Positions 46,582-57,081 of a stretch of DNA of 64,000 nucleotides are shown one piece after another. The position numbers and the translations under genes were made by a program. The notes under the pieces were generated by a model that saw only the letters and a list, made by a program, of their open reading frames with translations, ran no database searches and had not been told where the DNA came from. Numbering within the stretch: position 1 is the first letter of the stretch; each line of letters starts with the position of its first letter. The stretch is from NCBI GenBank assembly GCA_034670305.1, contig JAXMNT010000020.1, positions 1-64,000 on the forward strand, given 5' to 3'. This stretch comes from Deltaproteobacteria bacterium (lineage in GTDB: Bacteria > Myxococcota_A > Polyangia > Polyangiales > Houyiibacteriaceae).

Positions 46582-47778
46582 CTACCAGTCGACGGAGTCG
46601 CCCGCTTGGTGCGCGCGCCAGAGCGGGCTCTGGGCCCGCAGCCGATTCACCACTTCGATCGTGACCTCGGCGGCGCGATCGATCTCTGCTTCGGTGGTCG
46701 ACCGGCCGAGCCCGAATCGGATCGATTGGGACGCGCGCTCCGCGTCCATGCCCATCGCCCGCAGCACGTAGCTCGGTTCGATGCTGGCGCTCGTACACGC
46801 CGCGCCGCTCGAGACAGCGAGCTCCTTCGCGAGCTGCAGCTGCAACCCTTCGCCTTCCACGAACCCGAACGCGACGTTGAGGTTGCCTGGGTGTCGGCCT
46901 GCATCGAGCGCGGGTCCGTTCCGCTGGACCTCCGGGAGCGACTGGAGTGACTTCCACAGCCGGGCCCGCAACACTTGCAGACGGCTGGACTCGGCTGGGC
47001 CCTCGGTGCGCTGCAGCTCCGCCGCCGCGCCGAACCCCACGATGCCCGGCACGTTCAGTGTGCCCGAACGATGGCCGCGTTCGTGCCCGCCGCCATCCAT
47101 CTCCGCGATCAGCCGCACCCGCGGTTCGTCGCCGCGCACCCAGAGCGCACCGACGCCCTTGGGGCCGTAAATCTTGTGCGCGTTCAGGCTGACCAGATCC
47201 ACCGGCAGAGCCCGGACATCGAAGGGCACATAACCGAGTCCCTGCGCCGCATCGCAATGCATCCAAGCACCCACCCGGTGCGCGATTGCACCAAGCGTCT
47301 CGATCGGCTGCACGGTGCCGACTTCGTTGTTGGTCAACATGACGCTGACCAGCGCCGTGCGTTCATCGACGACGGCCTCGAGCGCCGCGGGATCCACCCG
47401 CCCCTCGCCGTCGACCGGAAGCCGCGTCACCCGAATGCCTTCGCGCTCGAGCCGGGTCGCCGAGTCCAGCACCGCCTTGTGTTCGGTCGCCTGCACGACC
47501 AAGTGGTCGCGCCCAGATGATCGTCGGTGGTGCAGCACGCCCTTGAGCGCGAGGTTGTCGCTCTCGGTCGCCCCCGAGGTGATCACGATCTCACTGGCGC
47601 GCCCGTTCACGAGCGCCGCGATCTGCGCCCGCCCCGTCGCCACCGCCTCCGACGCCCGGTGCCCAAACGCGTGACCGCGACTCGCCGCGTTCCCGAACAC
47701 CTCGGAGAAATACGGAAGCATGATCTCCAGCACGCGCGGATCGACCGGCGTGGTCGCATGGTGGTCGAGGTAGATCAT
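46582..47778 (-). CDS. iscS: IscS/NifS-type (group I) cysteine desulfurase
   Basis: YLDHHATTP, SGATESDN, AHKIYGPKGVG, RSGTLNVPG, SSGAACTSAS. Confidence 0.9.
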   Translation of the reverse strand: MIYLDHHATTPVDPRVLEIMLPYFSEVFGNAASRGHAFGHRASEAVATGRAQIAALVNGRASEIVITSGATESDNLALKGVLHHRRSSGRDHLVVQATEHKAVLDSATRLEREGIRVTRLPVDGEGRVDPAALEAVVDERTALVSVMLTNNEVGTVQPIETLGAIAHRVGAWMHCDAAQGLGYVPFDVRALPVDLVSLNAHKIYGPKGVGALWVRGDEPRVRLIAEMDGGGHERGHRSGTLNVPGIVGFGAAAELQRTEGPAESSRLQVLRARLWKSLQSLPEVQRNGPALDAGRHPGNLNVAFGFVEGEGLQLQLAKELAVSSGAACTSASIEPSYVLRAMGMDAERASQSIRFGLGRSTTEAEIDRAAEVTIEVVNRLRAQSPLWRAHQAGDSVDW

Positions 47779-47975
47779 CGGGGCACCCTCACCTTGGCGC
47801 CGCGCGGCCGCAAGCGCCACGGACAACAGGCATCGGCCTGAACTCGGCTTCGACTTCCGCGGTTCGATGGTGAGCCCCTGCTCGCTGTTCTCGTCGCCCG
47901 GGTCGAAGTCGACTCGACCCCGTTCGAGTCGGGCGCCGCGACTTGCCACTTCCGGCGGACCGTCCATCTTGGGAC

Positions 47976-48458
47976 GTGGCCGATTATCTCACGGGCTATC
48001 CGGAGGCGCTTCGCGAGCGCGCCCGCGCACTGAAGGCGAGCGGTCAGCTCGAAGAGCACATCCTGAGGCACTACCCGGGGCGACACTCGATCTCCAACAG
48101 CACCGCCCTGTACAAGTTCGCACAGGAGCTCAAACGTGCGTACCTCCGCTCGTCCCCCCCGCTGGCGAAGGTCTGCTACGACGACAAGATCAGCACGCTT
48201 CATCGAGCGCTGGGCCTTCACACCTACGCCGTGCGGGTACAGGGCGCCAAGCTCAAATCGCGCAACGAGATCCGAGTCGCGAGTCTGTTCAAAGGGCTCG
48301 CGCCCGAGTTTCTGCGCATGGTCGTCGTTCACGAGTTGGCCCATCTGCGCCACAAAGCACACGACAAAGCTTTCTATGGGTTGTGCAAGCACATGGAGCC
48401 CGAGTACGCCCGCTACGAGATGGACTTGAGGCTGCTTCTGTACGCTCGCGAAGCGTAG
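47976..48458 (+). CDS. YgjP-like zincin metal-dependent hydrolase
   Basis: VQGAKLKSRNEIRVASLF, VVHELAHL…HDKAFY; start 47976 or 47943. Confidence 0.85.
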   Translation: MADYLTGYPEALRERARALKASGQLEEHILRHYPGRHSISNSTALYKFAQELKRAYLRSSPPLAKVCYDDKISTLHRALGLHTYAVRVQGAKLKSRNEIRVASLFKGLAPEFLRMVVVHELAHLRHKAHDKAFYGLCKHMEPEYARYEMDLRLLLYAREA

Positions 48459-48582
48459 AGACCTGCAGCCCGATCTCGATCTGATCTCCGAACGCCGAGA
48501 CCAGTTCGGCCACGACACCTTGTCTGGGGATCCAGCTCTCGGGTGCTGAACGCATCGCGCGCTCTCGCAGCGTCGGCTGACC

Positions 48583-49135
48583 CTAGCGCCGCACGCAGTC
48601 TCCGGTGAACGTTCGGCGCGTCCCGCCCTCCACCATCTCGAAGTCGGTCACTTGGAGATCGCTCAAGTCGCGTGGCCCGATCAATTCGTCTGCACCCGCG
48701 TGGGCGGTGAGCGCGATCTGTCCGGCGTCCGCGAGGATCATGCCGTAGCGCTGGAGCCCGCGGGCGACCGTCCGCGCCGCGTCGTTCGGAAGCGACTCGA
48801 GCGGGTAGTCTGCGCGCAGCCGAAGCCGCGCGCCGTATGGGGGCGCCTCCGCGTCGCCGCCGGTCGCACCGGTACTGTGGGTGGCGGGCGCGACGTAGAC
48901 GCGGTTTCGGATGCGCGCGTTCGGGAGAATGAAGCGGATGGCGTGGGCGATCTCGCCGGCCTCCAGCTCTTCCCGGGTGAAGAGCAGGGGCGTGATCGGC
49001 AGACCGGCCGCGTCGGCGCTCGTGCAGTCGACGCCGCGGCCCTCGTCGCCGTAGTCGCGGCTCAGATCCCACACCGCGAGGCAGCCGCCGCGGAACGTGT
49101 CGCGAATGTCCGCGCGCCACATCTCGTACAAGCGC
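48583..49135 (-). pseudogene. Probable N-terminally truncated gene of a conserved hypothetical family
   Basis: LYEMWRA…CTSADAAGLPI…HAIRFILP…PPYGARLRL…YGMILAD looks like a C-terminal half; upstream codons are only low-complexity DAEAEADA. Confidence 0.55.
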
Positions 49136-49241
49136 TCGGCGGGACCATCGGCGTCGGCCTCTGCATCGGCTTCGGCCTCGGCATCCGTTTTGGCTTCCAC
49201 CACATCGGGACGTGCCCGGCTGGGTTTGTTAGCGTGCGGGC

Positions 49242-49841
49242 ATGAGTCGCAGTTCGGATGGGTGGCGTGTGAATCGATGGGCCTTCCTCGTGTGCCTCGC
49301 AGGCATCGGGATCACGGGGTGCACGGGCCCCGCCGACTCGGACAGCGCCGAGGACCCGAACGAAGGCGGCAGCGAAGCGGAGCTCGAGGGACCGAGCCGC
49401 GCAGACCGAGAGACCGAGTTCAACGTGGACCCGCCCCCCTCGAACGAGGATCCGAGCGAACCGCGACTCGAACTCTCTCGCAGCGACGATCCCTGGGGCA
49501 ACGACGGCCAGGGCGAATGGGTGCGCGCCACCGCACCGATGCGCTTCGATGTGCGTCAGGCCGACGGCTGGCCCGGCCGGGCGCTCGACCCGGTGCTCCA
49601 CGTCGGGGACCTGCGCCTGACCAAGTACGACTTCATCGGCATCGACGTGCTTCGGTTCGTGCTCGCGGACGTGGCGGTGGTCCCGTCGGGTGCGCCGGTC
49701 GCGCTGCAATGGGGCGACGACGCGACCACGCGCGTGGAACTGTCCGACGCGATGACGGTGCCGCAAGCCCCGCCCGAACCGGACCCCGTCGCGCCCACCG
49801 CCCCGGTCCGCAACCAAACCACCGGGACCATGGCGCCATGA
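49242..49841 (+). CDS. hypothetical lipoprotein
   Basis: Lipobox ITGC; TAGCGT 6 nt before the ATG; ATGA overlap with the next gene. Confidence 0.7.
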   Translation: MSRSSDGWRVNRWAFLVCLAGIGITGCTGPADSDSAEDPNEGGSEAELEGPSRADRETEFNVDPPPSNEDPSEPRLELSRSDDPWGNDGQGEWVRATAPMRFDVRQADGWPGRALDPVLHVGDLRLTKYDFIGIDVLRFVLADVAVVPSGAPVALQWGDDATTRVELSDAMTVPQAPPEPDPVAPTAPVRNQTTGTMAP

Positions 49842-52405
49842 GCCGGTTCACGCTCTGCGTCGCGATGGCGTCGTGTCTTGGGCTCATCGCATGCGGCGAC
49901 GACGACACCCCGCCCATCGAATGTGGCGAGACCGACCTGCCGGTGATCGCCTGCGAAGACGTCGAGCTCGGGTGCATCGACGAAGCTGGCGTCCCGGTCC
50001 CGCCCCTGTCCGCGATGGCGAACGCCTGTGGAGGGGGCGCGGTCGAGGTCACCTGCTCGACCGAGGCGGAGACCATCCTGCCCGGCACCACCGAGGCCAC
50101 CTGCGTCGCGCGCAACACCGCGGGCGAAGCACGCTGCACCATGGAGATTCGCGCCAGCGCGCCTGGTCGCCTGGCGTGCAGCGACACGATCCGGACGGCG
50201 TGTGCAGCGGAGACGACTTCGGTCGACGTGCCCGCCCCGGTCGTCGACGAAGCGTGCACCGACCTCGGTGGCGACTTGGTCAGCGACGCACCCGCCGCGT
50301 TCCCGGTCGGCACCACCACCGTGACCTTCTCCGCACCGGCCGGACCGAGCTGCAGCGTGGAGGTCGTGGTCGCGGACGACGCCCCGCCGGTGCTCACCTG
50401 TCCGGCAGACGCCACGCTCGTGGCGACCGCCCCCGACACCGACCTCCCCCTCCCCGCCGCAAGCGCCACCGATGGGTGCGACCCGGCGCCGTCGGTCACG
50501 CACGACTTCGAAGGCGCGGTCATCGAGCGCGGCGTCACCGAAGTCACGTACACCGCCACCGACGCCAGCGGTCACGCGACCTCGTGCAGCAGCACGTTCG
50601 AACGCCGCGACGCCTACAGCCCGTTCCTTCGGCTGCTGAGCGCGACCTGGAACGTGGCGGCCGAGAGCACCGACCTGACCATCGGCTGGGACACGCCGAA
50701 CAGCGGGGCCGGTGGCGACACGAGCGGTTACGCGATCGAGCGGGGCGCGTCGGCCGATGGACCCTGGAGCCGCCTCGCAGAGGTCGGTCGACGGGTGCGC
50801 ACCTACCTCGATGCCGACGTGACGATCGCACACCCGCACTACCGGGTGGTCGCACTCGCCGACGAACTCGACGGCGGGCCCAGCAACGTGGTGCAGGCCC
50901 ACCGCATCGAAGGGGACACCTACGATGTGCGCGACCAGACCGTGCCCACGATCCCGTTCGCCACCACGCTCTACGGCGCCGTGCGTTACCCGGCGGACCT
51001 CGGCGCGGGGCCCTACCCGCTCGTCGTCCTGATGCATGGCAACCATGGTATCTGCCGGCGCACGCCCACCGACGATCGCGACGCCTGCGCCGACTCGCGG
51101 GACCACGAGTGTCCTCAGCCCGGCTGGTTCACCACCCCCAACGCCGAAGGGCTCGCCTACCTCGCCGAGACCGTCGCCGCGATGGGCTACGTCGCGGTCT
51201 CGATCAGCGGCAACGCCGTCAACTGCCGGGACACCTGGATCGGGGAACGTGCGCAGCTCATCCGCAGCCACCTCGACCGCTGGCGCCGGTACGCCAGCTC
51301 GGGCGCAGCGCCGTTCTCGACCCGGTTCGCGGGCGCGGTGGATCTCTCGCGGGTGGCGCTCTTCGGCCACTCGCGGGGCGGCGAAGCGGTCGCGACCGTG
51401 CCCTCCGTGCTGCGCAGCACACCCGTCGCCGGCGTGTCGCTCGCCTCGGTGTTCTCGCTCGCACCGACCGACTACGACATGCCCACCCCGACCGACGTGC
51501 CCTACGCCGTGCTGCTTCCGGGCTGCGATGGAGACGTTCGGTTTCTTGTCGGCACCGACATCTACGACCGGGTCGTCGCGGCCGACCACCCCGGGCCGCA
51601 CGCCCAGCTTCTGTTCGTCGGCGCCAACCACAACTTCTTCAGCACCGAGTGGCGCATCGACGACAACGACGGCTCGGCCTGCGATCCTTCGCTCGAAGTC
51701 GGCGCGCCGGCACAACGCGGCGCGCTCGAGGGCGTCTTCGGCAGCTGGCTCGCCACCACCGTTCCGTCCGGCGGCACATCGATCGCGGCCGAGCCGTTCA
51801 TGCGCAACGAGAACGACCCACCCGAGAGCATCGCGACCTGGGCCGGCACCGAGCTCGACTGGCGGTGGTCCTTCGTTGCAGACCGGCAACGCATCGACGA
51901 GTTCGAAGGCGCCGGCACGCCGGACCGCAACCTGCTCGGGGGCGCGAACACCTTCGAAGGGTTCGACGAAGCGAGCCGCTGCTACGACAACGCCTGCGGG
52001 ACGCGTTACCCGCACGAGAAGGGTGCAATGCACCTCGACTGGTCGACCGGCCGCCCGATCGCGTCCTTCGAACTCGGCGGGCTCGACACCACCGGCCGCG
52101 ACTATGTGTCGATGCGCGTCGTCTCCCGCCGCTCGGGGCTCAACGCCGGACTCGACGAACAACGGTTCCTCGTCCGGCTCGTCGACAGCGCTGGTGGACG
52201 CGCCCAGGTCCGGTCCCAGTCGTGGGCGTACCTCCCACACCTCTTCCCGGCCCGCGACCCGCTCGAGATCTTCCAGACCCTCCGCATCCCCACCGCGGCT
52301 TTCGACGTCGACCTGGCCTCGGTGGACCGGCTCGAAGTCGAGATGGGCGTCGGCGGGTTCACCGAAGGTTCCCTCCTGGTCAGCGACCTGGCGCTGTCGG
52401 ACTGA
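49838..52405 (+). CDS. lipoprotein with HYR/FN3-like domains and alpha/beta-hydrolase domain
   Basis: Lipobox LIAC; FPVGTTTVT and VTYTATDASG (HYR); PLVVLMHGNH, GHSRGG, GANHNFF. Confidence 0.82.
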   Translation: MSRFTLCVAMASCLGLIACGDDDTPPIECGETDLPVIACEDVELGCIDEAGVPVPPLSAMANACGGGAVEVTCSTEAETILPGTTEATCVARNTAGEARCTMEIRASAPGRLACSDTIRTACAAETTSVDVPAPVVDEACTDLGGDLVSDAPAAFPVGTTTVTFSAPAGPSCSVEVVVADDAPPVLTCPADATLVATAPDTDLPLPAASATDGCDPAPSVTHDFEGAVIERGVTEVTYTATDASGHATSCSSTFERRDAYSPFLRLLSATWNVAAESTDLTIGWDTPNSGAGGDTSGYAIERGASADGPWSRLAEVGRRVRTYLDADVTIAHPHYRVVALADELDGGPSNVVQAHRIEGDTYDVRDQTVPTIPFATTLYGAVRYPADLGAGPYPLVVLMHGNHGICRRTPTDDRDACADSRDHECPQPGWFTTPNAEGLAYLAETVAAMGYVAVSISGNAVNCRDTWIGERAQLIRSHLDRWRRYASSGAAPFSTRFAGAVDLSRVALFGHSRGGEAVATVPSVLRSTPVAGVSLASVFSLAPTDYDMPTPTDVPYAVLLPGCDGDVRFLVGTDIYDRVVAADHPGPHAQLLFVGANHNFFSTEWRIDDNDGSACDPSLEVGAPAQRGALEGVFGSWLATTVPSGGTSIAAEPFMRNENDPPESIATWAGTELDWRWSFVADRQRIDEFEGAGTPDRNLLGGANTFEGFDEASRCYDNACGTRYPHEKGAMHLDWSTGRPIASFELGGLDTTGRDYVSMRVVSRRSGLNAGLDEQRFLVRLVDSAGGRAQVRSQSWAYLPHLFPARDPLEIFQTLRIPTAAFDVDLASVDRLEVEMGVGGFTEGSLLVSDLALSD

Positions 52406-52509
52406 AGACACCGTCTGCGCTAGCGTTGCCCTGCCCCGTCTCTCCCTCCCAAGACGGGCCTGAGTTCACTGGGGTGGACGTCGCAGCCCGGGGGCTTTAC
52501 ACCCTGGGT

Positions 52510-52878
52510 ATGCCCGCGTTCGAGATCTCGACTGAAGCTCCCGTCATCACCATCACGCCGCGCGCCGTCGAGATGGGCAAGCGGCAGCTCCAGGAAGCGG
52601 CGGGCAAAGCGGAAGAGGAGATCCTCGGCCTTCGGCTCGGCGTCAAAGGCGGCGGTTGCTCCGGCTATTACTACGTGTTCGAGCCCGCCACGAAGCAGGG
52701 CAAACGCGATCTCGTCTGGGATTACGATGGGCTCGTGGTCTTCGTGGACAACCGAAGCCTGAAGTTCCTGGAAGGCGCCACGCTCGACTGGGAGCAGAAG
52801 CTGCTCGGGTACGGGTTCAAGTGGGAGAACCCGCTGGCCAAGGGCGACTGCGGCTGCGGCATGAGCTTCAACGCGTAA
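52510..52878 (+). CDS. HesB/IscA-family A-type Fe-S carrier
   Basis: LRLGVKGGGCSG…NP…CGCGMSF. Confidence 0.93.
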   Translation: MPAFEISTEAPVITITPRAVEMGKRQLQEAAGKAEEEILGLRLGVKGGGCSGYYYVFEPATKQGKRDLVWDYDGLVVFVDNRSLKFLEGATLDWEQKLLGYGFKWENPLAKGDCGCGMSFNA

Positions 52879-52987
52879 CCTGCGGGCCATGTCGGAGGCC
52901 CGGGACGTCTTTGGCTTCTGTGGGCCCAGCCGTGCGTCGTCGAACGCCTAGAGTTCCGAAGCCACTCCGCGCTACAGTGCCCCGCTG

Positions 52988-55900
52988 ATGGCGGATCCCG
53001 AACAGCCAGACGAGACCAAGCTCGAGCGGACGAAGCCGTCGAGCATCGACCGGGCGAAACGGAGCGAAGCGGAGCGGGCGGTACCCGAGGAGGAAGCGGG
53101 CCCCGACGCGACTGTCGATCAGCCGCGCATCCCTCCGGGCAAGCAGCAACCCGGCATGCTCGTCTCCGAGCGGGTCCGGCTCGACCGGCCACTCGGCAGC
53201 GGCGGCATGGCCGACGTGTGGGTGGCCGAACATCTGACCCTGGGCACTTCGGTCGCGGTGAAGTTCTTGCGCGCGACCCACGACGAGTCGTTGCGCGACC
53301 GGTTCACCCGGGAAGCGCAACTCGCCGCCCGCATCGATCACCCCCACGCAGTGCGGGTCTTCGACCACGGCGTCACGAGCGACGGCACGCCGTACATGGT
53401 GATGGAGTACGTCGAAGGCGAGTCGCTCGCCCAGCGGATCCGACGCATGGGCGCGCTGCCGCCCGCCGAGGTCGGCCGACTCGTCGACCAGGTCGGCCAA
53501 GTCCTTCGCGACGCGCACGAGCGCGGCATCATCCACCGCGACATCAAACCCCACAACATCATGGTGCTCGAGCGCGAGCCGCTCTACTGCAAGGTGCTCG
53601 ACTTCGGGCTCGCGAAGACGCTCACCGAAGATGAGACGCTGACGCAGGCGGGCTGGGTACTCGGCACGCCCGCGTACATGGCGCCCGAACAGCTGGTCGA
53701 CGCCAAACCACCCACGAAGAAGAGCGATGCGTGGGGGCTGAGCATCGTTGCGTACGAAGCACTGGTTGGACACCGTCCGTTCCGCGGACACCACCAGGCG
53801 GCCCTCGGCCTCGGCATGCTCGTCCAGCGTTTCGATCCGGTCAGCCAGGCCCGCCCCGGGCTGCCAGAGGCACTCGACGAGTGGTTCCTCAAAGCGCTGG
53901 CCGTGGATCCCGACCACCGCTTCCCGACCGTCGAAGCGCTCACCCGCACGTTCCTGGCCGCGCTCGAAGACGCGAGCGACCAACCCCGTTCCCGGCTCGG
54001 CGCGGATGGCCGGATCCGGATCCCGAACCGGCTCTACGGCCGGGCCACCGAGATCCAGACCGTCTCGGATGCCTACGCTCGGGTGGCCGCGGGCGAATCG
54101 AGGCTCGTGCTCTTCGAAGGGTACGCGGGGGTCGGCAAGACCGCGTTGGCCGAAGAAGCCCGCCGCCTCTGCGCCGCCCAGGGCGCGATTTTCGTCGACG
54201 GAAAGTTCGATCAGTTCAACCGCGGCGCCCCGTACGAGAGCTTGCTGCAGGCGCTTGGCAAACTGGTCCGTTACATCGGCACCCAGAGCCACAGTTCGCT
54301 GGAAGGGTGGCAGGCGCGTCTGCGCGAGGCGCTCGGCGAGGTCGGCCATGTGCTGACCGATCTGATCCCGGAGCTCGAAGACATCATCGGACGGCAGAGC
54401 GAACTGCTCGAGACCTCGCCGGCCGAAGCACGCAACCGCTTCCAGAATGCGGTCGCCCGGTTGATGCGCGGGGTCGCGACCGCGGAACGCCCGTTGGTCC
54501 TCTTCATGGACGACCTCCAGTGGGCCGACCTGCCCACGATCGATCTTCTGGGAAGCCTCGCGCTCAGTCCCGACGAACATCCGCACGTGCTGGTGCTGGG
54601 CGCGTACCGCAGCAACGAGGTCAAAGAAGGGCACCCGCTCGACAGCTGCATCGCGGGGTTGCGCCAGGCCGACGCCGCCCTGGACGAAGTGTCGCTCGGT
54701 CCGCTCGGGGAAGATGCCGTGCTCGAGCTGCTGACGGACGCGCTCGGAAGCGTGCCAGGCCGGGTTCGACTCGCGGTCCTCTGCCACGAGAAGACCCAGG
54801 GCAATCCGTTCTTCCTCAAGCGGTTCCTCGAAGCCCTCCACGAAGAGCGGCTGCTCGAGTTCGACGAGTCGCGCGACGCCTGGACCTGGCAACAGAGCAG
54901 GATCCACTCACGGCCGGTCGGAGAAGACGTCGTCGCGTTCATCGCGGCCGAGATGGGCCGACTGCCTGAGTCGGCGCGCGAGGCACTGGCGCTGGCCGCG
55001 TGCATCGGGGGTCAGTTCGATCTGGGCACACTCTCGCATCTGATGAAGATCGATCGCCGACGCACCCTCGAGTGCCTGCGGCCCGTGCTGGCCGCGGACT
55101 TCATTCTTCCAGCGTCCGACGAAGTCTTCTCCGCGACCGAAGACGTCGGCCCACGGCGGGTCGCGTTCCGATTCGCACACGACCGCATCCAGCAGGCGGC
55201 GCACTCACTCTTCTCCACCGACCGCGCGGCGGAAGTGCATCTCGCCGTGGCCCATTTCCTCCTCGAGCACCTCGACGAGAGCGAACGGGAAGCGCGGCTC
55301 TTCGAGCTCGTCGAGCACCTCAACCAGAGCGCCGACATCCGGCCCGCCCTCGTCGGCGACACGCCGCAGCTCCGCTCGCTCAACCTCACCGCCGCCCGTC
55401 GGGCGACCCGGTCGGCCGCGTTCGAGCCCGCGGGTGCGTACTACGAGAAGGCGCGCGCGCTCGTCGACAGCGAGCACTGGGAGAGCGACTACGAACAAGC
55501 GCTGGCGATTCACGTCGAAGGCGCGCGCGCGGCGTACTTCAACGGCGACCGCGAGCGCATGAACGAGCTCGTCGACGCCGCCGTGGCCCACGCGCGCACC
55601 ACGCTCGATGCGGTCGAAGCGCGCGAGGTGAAGATCCACGCGCTGATCGCAGAACAACGGTTCGACGAGGCGGTCTCACTCGCGCTCGAGGTGCTCGGGC
55701 AGCTGGGCATCGACCTTCCGAGAACGCCAGGGCCGGACGACGTCGGGGCGGTGGTGGGCGCGACGATCGGCGCGCTGCAGGCCACCTCCGCCGAGAAGAT
55801 CAGTGCGCTGCCAGACGCGTCCGACCCGACCGTCGTCGCCGCCCAGCGCATCAAGCAGGGCGTCATGTCTGCGGCGTACCTGACCGCCCCGAATCTCCTG

Positions 55901-57028
55901 CCGCTCCTCACCTGCGACATCGTGCAGTCGACCCTCCGCGACGGGGTGGCGCGGCAGTCCGCGTACGGCTTCGCGGTCTTCGGCATGGTCATGAACGCGG
56001 CCGGGCTGATCGACGTCTCCTACGAGAACGGGAAGATCGCCATGGCACTGCTGGAACGCAGCCCCGATCGGTCGATGATGGCGAAGACCCAGCACATCGT
56101 GCGGGCGCACCTGAACCCCTTCGTCGAACCAATCACCGAGGTCGTGGAACACGAGCGGGCGGTGTTTCAGCTCGGCATGGACACCGGCGACCTCGAGTAC
56201 GCGGCCTGGGCACTGCACAACATCGTTGCGTACGGGTTCTACTCGGGCATGCCGCTCGAGGAGTTGCGGCAGGTGGACGAGCGGAGCCGCACGATCCTCG
56301 AGCGCCACAAACAACTTCCGGCGCTCGCCTGCACCAAGCCGTACAGCCAGACCATCACGAACCTCGGTGGCGATGGCACCGTCGCGCAGTCCACCCAGCT
56401 GCGCGGTCTGCACTACGACGAGACCGAGCACATGGCCGAGTTGGTCTCGCTCGGCTTCCGAGGCGCGGCCTACATCTTGACGGTCGCCCGCACCTTCATC
56501 CGCTTCGTCTTTCGAGACATCGAGGGGGCGCTTCGGGCCGCCGACTCCGGCGCCGAGTACGCGGATGGTGCGATCGCCACCTACCACGCGGTGTGGTGGA
56601 ACCAGTACCGAGCCTTGTCCGCCCTCGGGACGCTCGAAACCGCCAAAGAAGACGACCTCTTGATCGTCTCGGCGAAGGCCAACCTCGCAGCGCTCGAGAA
56701 GTGGTGCGCCTTCTCTCCGATCAACCACACCCATCGGGTCGCACTGGTGCAGGCCGAACTCGCACGCGCGCTCGGACAAGACACCGAGGCGGTCGGTCAC
56801 TACGAGGTCGCCATTCGCCACGCCGCCGAGGCCGGCTTCTTACACGAAGAAGCCCTGGCCAACGAACTCGCGGGACGCTTCTTCGTGTCTCGAGACAGCC
56901 GGACACAGGCGCGCGCGTTCCTGACCGAAGCACTCGACGCGTACGCCGAGTGGGGCGCCGCCGCCAAAGCCGAGCACCTCGAGATCGAGTTCACCGAAGC
57001 ACTGCGCCGCCGCCGCCGCGGCAGCTGA
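52988..57028 (+). CDS. Ser/Thr kinase-AAA ATPase-helical repeat protein
   Basis: GSGGMA, VAVK, HRDIKPHN, DFG, APE; Walker A GYAGVGKT, Walker B LFMDDLQWAD, GNPFF, FAHDRIQQAA; ends after EALANELAG…WGA. Confidence 0.92.
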   Translation: MADPEQPDETKLERTKPSSIDRAKRSEAERAVPEEEAGPDATVDQPRIPPGKQQPGMLVSERVRLDRPLGSGGMADVWVAEHLTLGTSVAVKFLRATHDESLRDRFTREAQLAARIDHPHAVRVFDHGVTSDGTPYMVMEYVEGESLAQRIRRMGALPPAEVGRLVDQVGQVLRDAHERGIIHRDIKPHNIMVLEREPLYCKVLDFGLAKTLTEDETLTQAGWVLGTPAYMAPEQLVDAKPPTKKSDAWGLSIVAYEALVGHRPFRGHHQAALGLGMLVQRFDPVSQARPGLPEALDEWFLKALAVDPDHRFPTVEALTRTFLAALEDASDQPRSRLGADGRIRIPNRLYGRATEIQTVSDAYARVAAGESRLVLFEGYAGVGKTALAEEARRLCAAQGAIFVDGKFDQFNRGAPYESLLQALGKLVRYIGTQSHSSLEGWQARLREALGEVGHVLTDLIPELEDIIGRQSELLETSPAEARNRFQNAVARLMRGVATAERPLVLFMDDLQWADLPTIDLLGSLALSPDEHPHVLVLGAYRSNEVKEGHPLDSCIAGLRQADAALDEVSLGPLGEDAVLELLTDALGSVPGRVRLAVLCHEKTQGNPFFLKRFLEALHEERLLEFDESRDAWTWQQSRIHSRPVGEDVVAFIAAEMGRLPESAREALALAACIGGQFDLGTLSHLMKIDRRRTLECLRPVLAADFILPASDEVFSATEDVGPRRVAFRFAHDRIQQAAHSLFSTDRAAEVHLAVAHFLLEHLDESEREARLFELVEHLNQSADIRPALVGDTPQLRSLNLTAARRATRSAAFEPAGAYYEKARALVDSEHWESDYEQALAIHVEGARAAYFNGDRERMNELVDAAVAHARTTLDAVEAREVKIHALIAEQRFDEAVSLALEVLGQLGIDLPRTPGPDDVGAVVGATIGALQATSAEKISALPDASDPTVVAAQRIKQGVMSAAYLTAPNLLPLLTCDIVQSTLRDGVARQSAYGFAVFGMVMNAAGLIDVSYENGKIAMALLERSPDRSMMAKTQHIVRAHLNPFVEPITEVVEHERAVFQLGMDTGDLEYAAWALHNIVAYGFYSGMPLEELRQVDERSRTILERHKQLPALACTKPYSQTITNLGGDGTVAQSTQLRGLHYDETEHMAELVSLGFRGAAYILTVARTFIRFVFRDIEGALRAADSGAEYADGAIATYHAVWWNQYRALSALGTLETAKEDDLLIVSAKANLAALEKWCAFSPINHTHRVALVQAELARALGQDTEAVGHYEVAIRHAAEAGFLHEEALANELAGRFFVSRDSRTQARAFLTEALDAYAEWGAAAKAEHLEIEFTEALRRRRRGS

Positions 57029-57081
57029 AGGTCCGGAACTTCCGGACCCGTGCGGGACGGGTTCGCGGGTACCCTCTGCGG

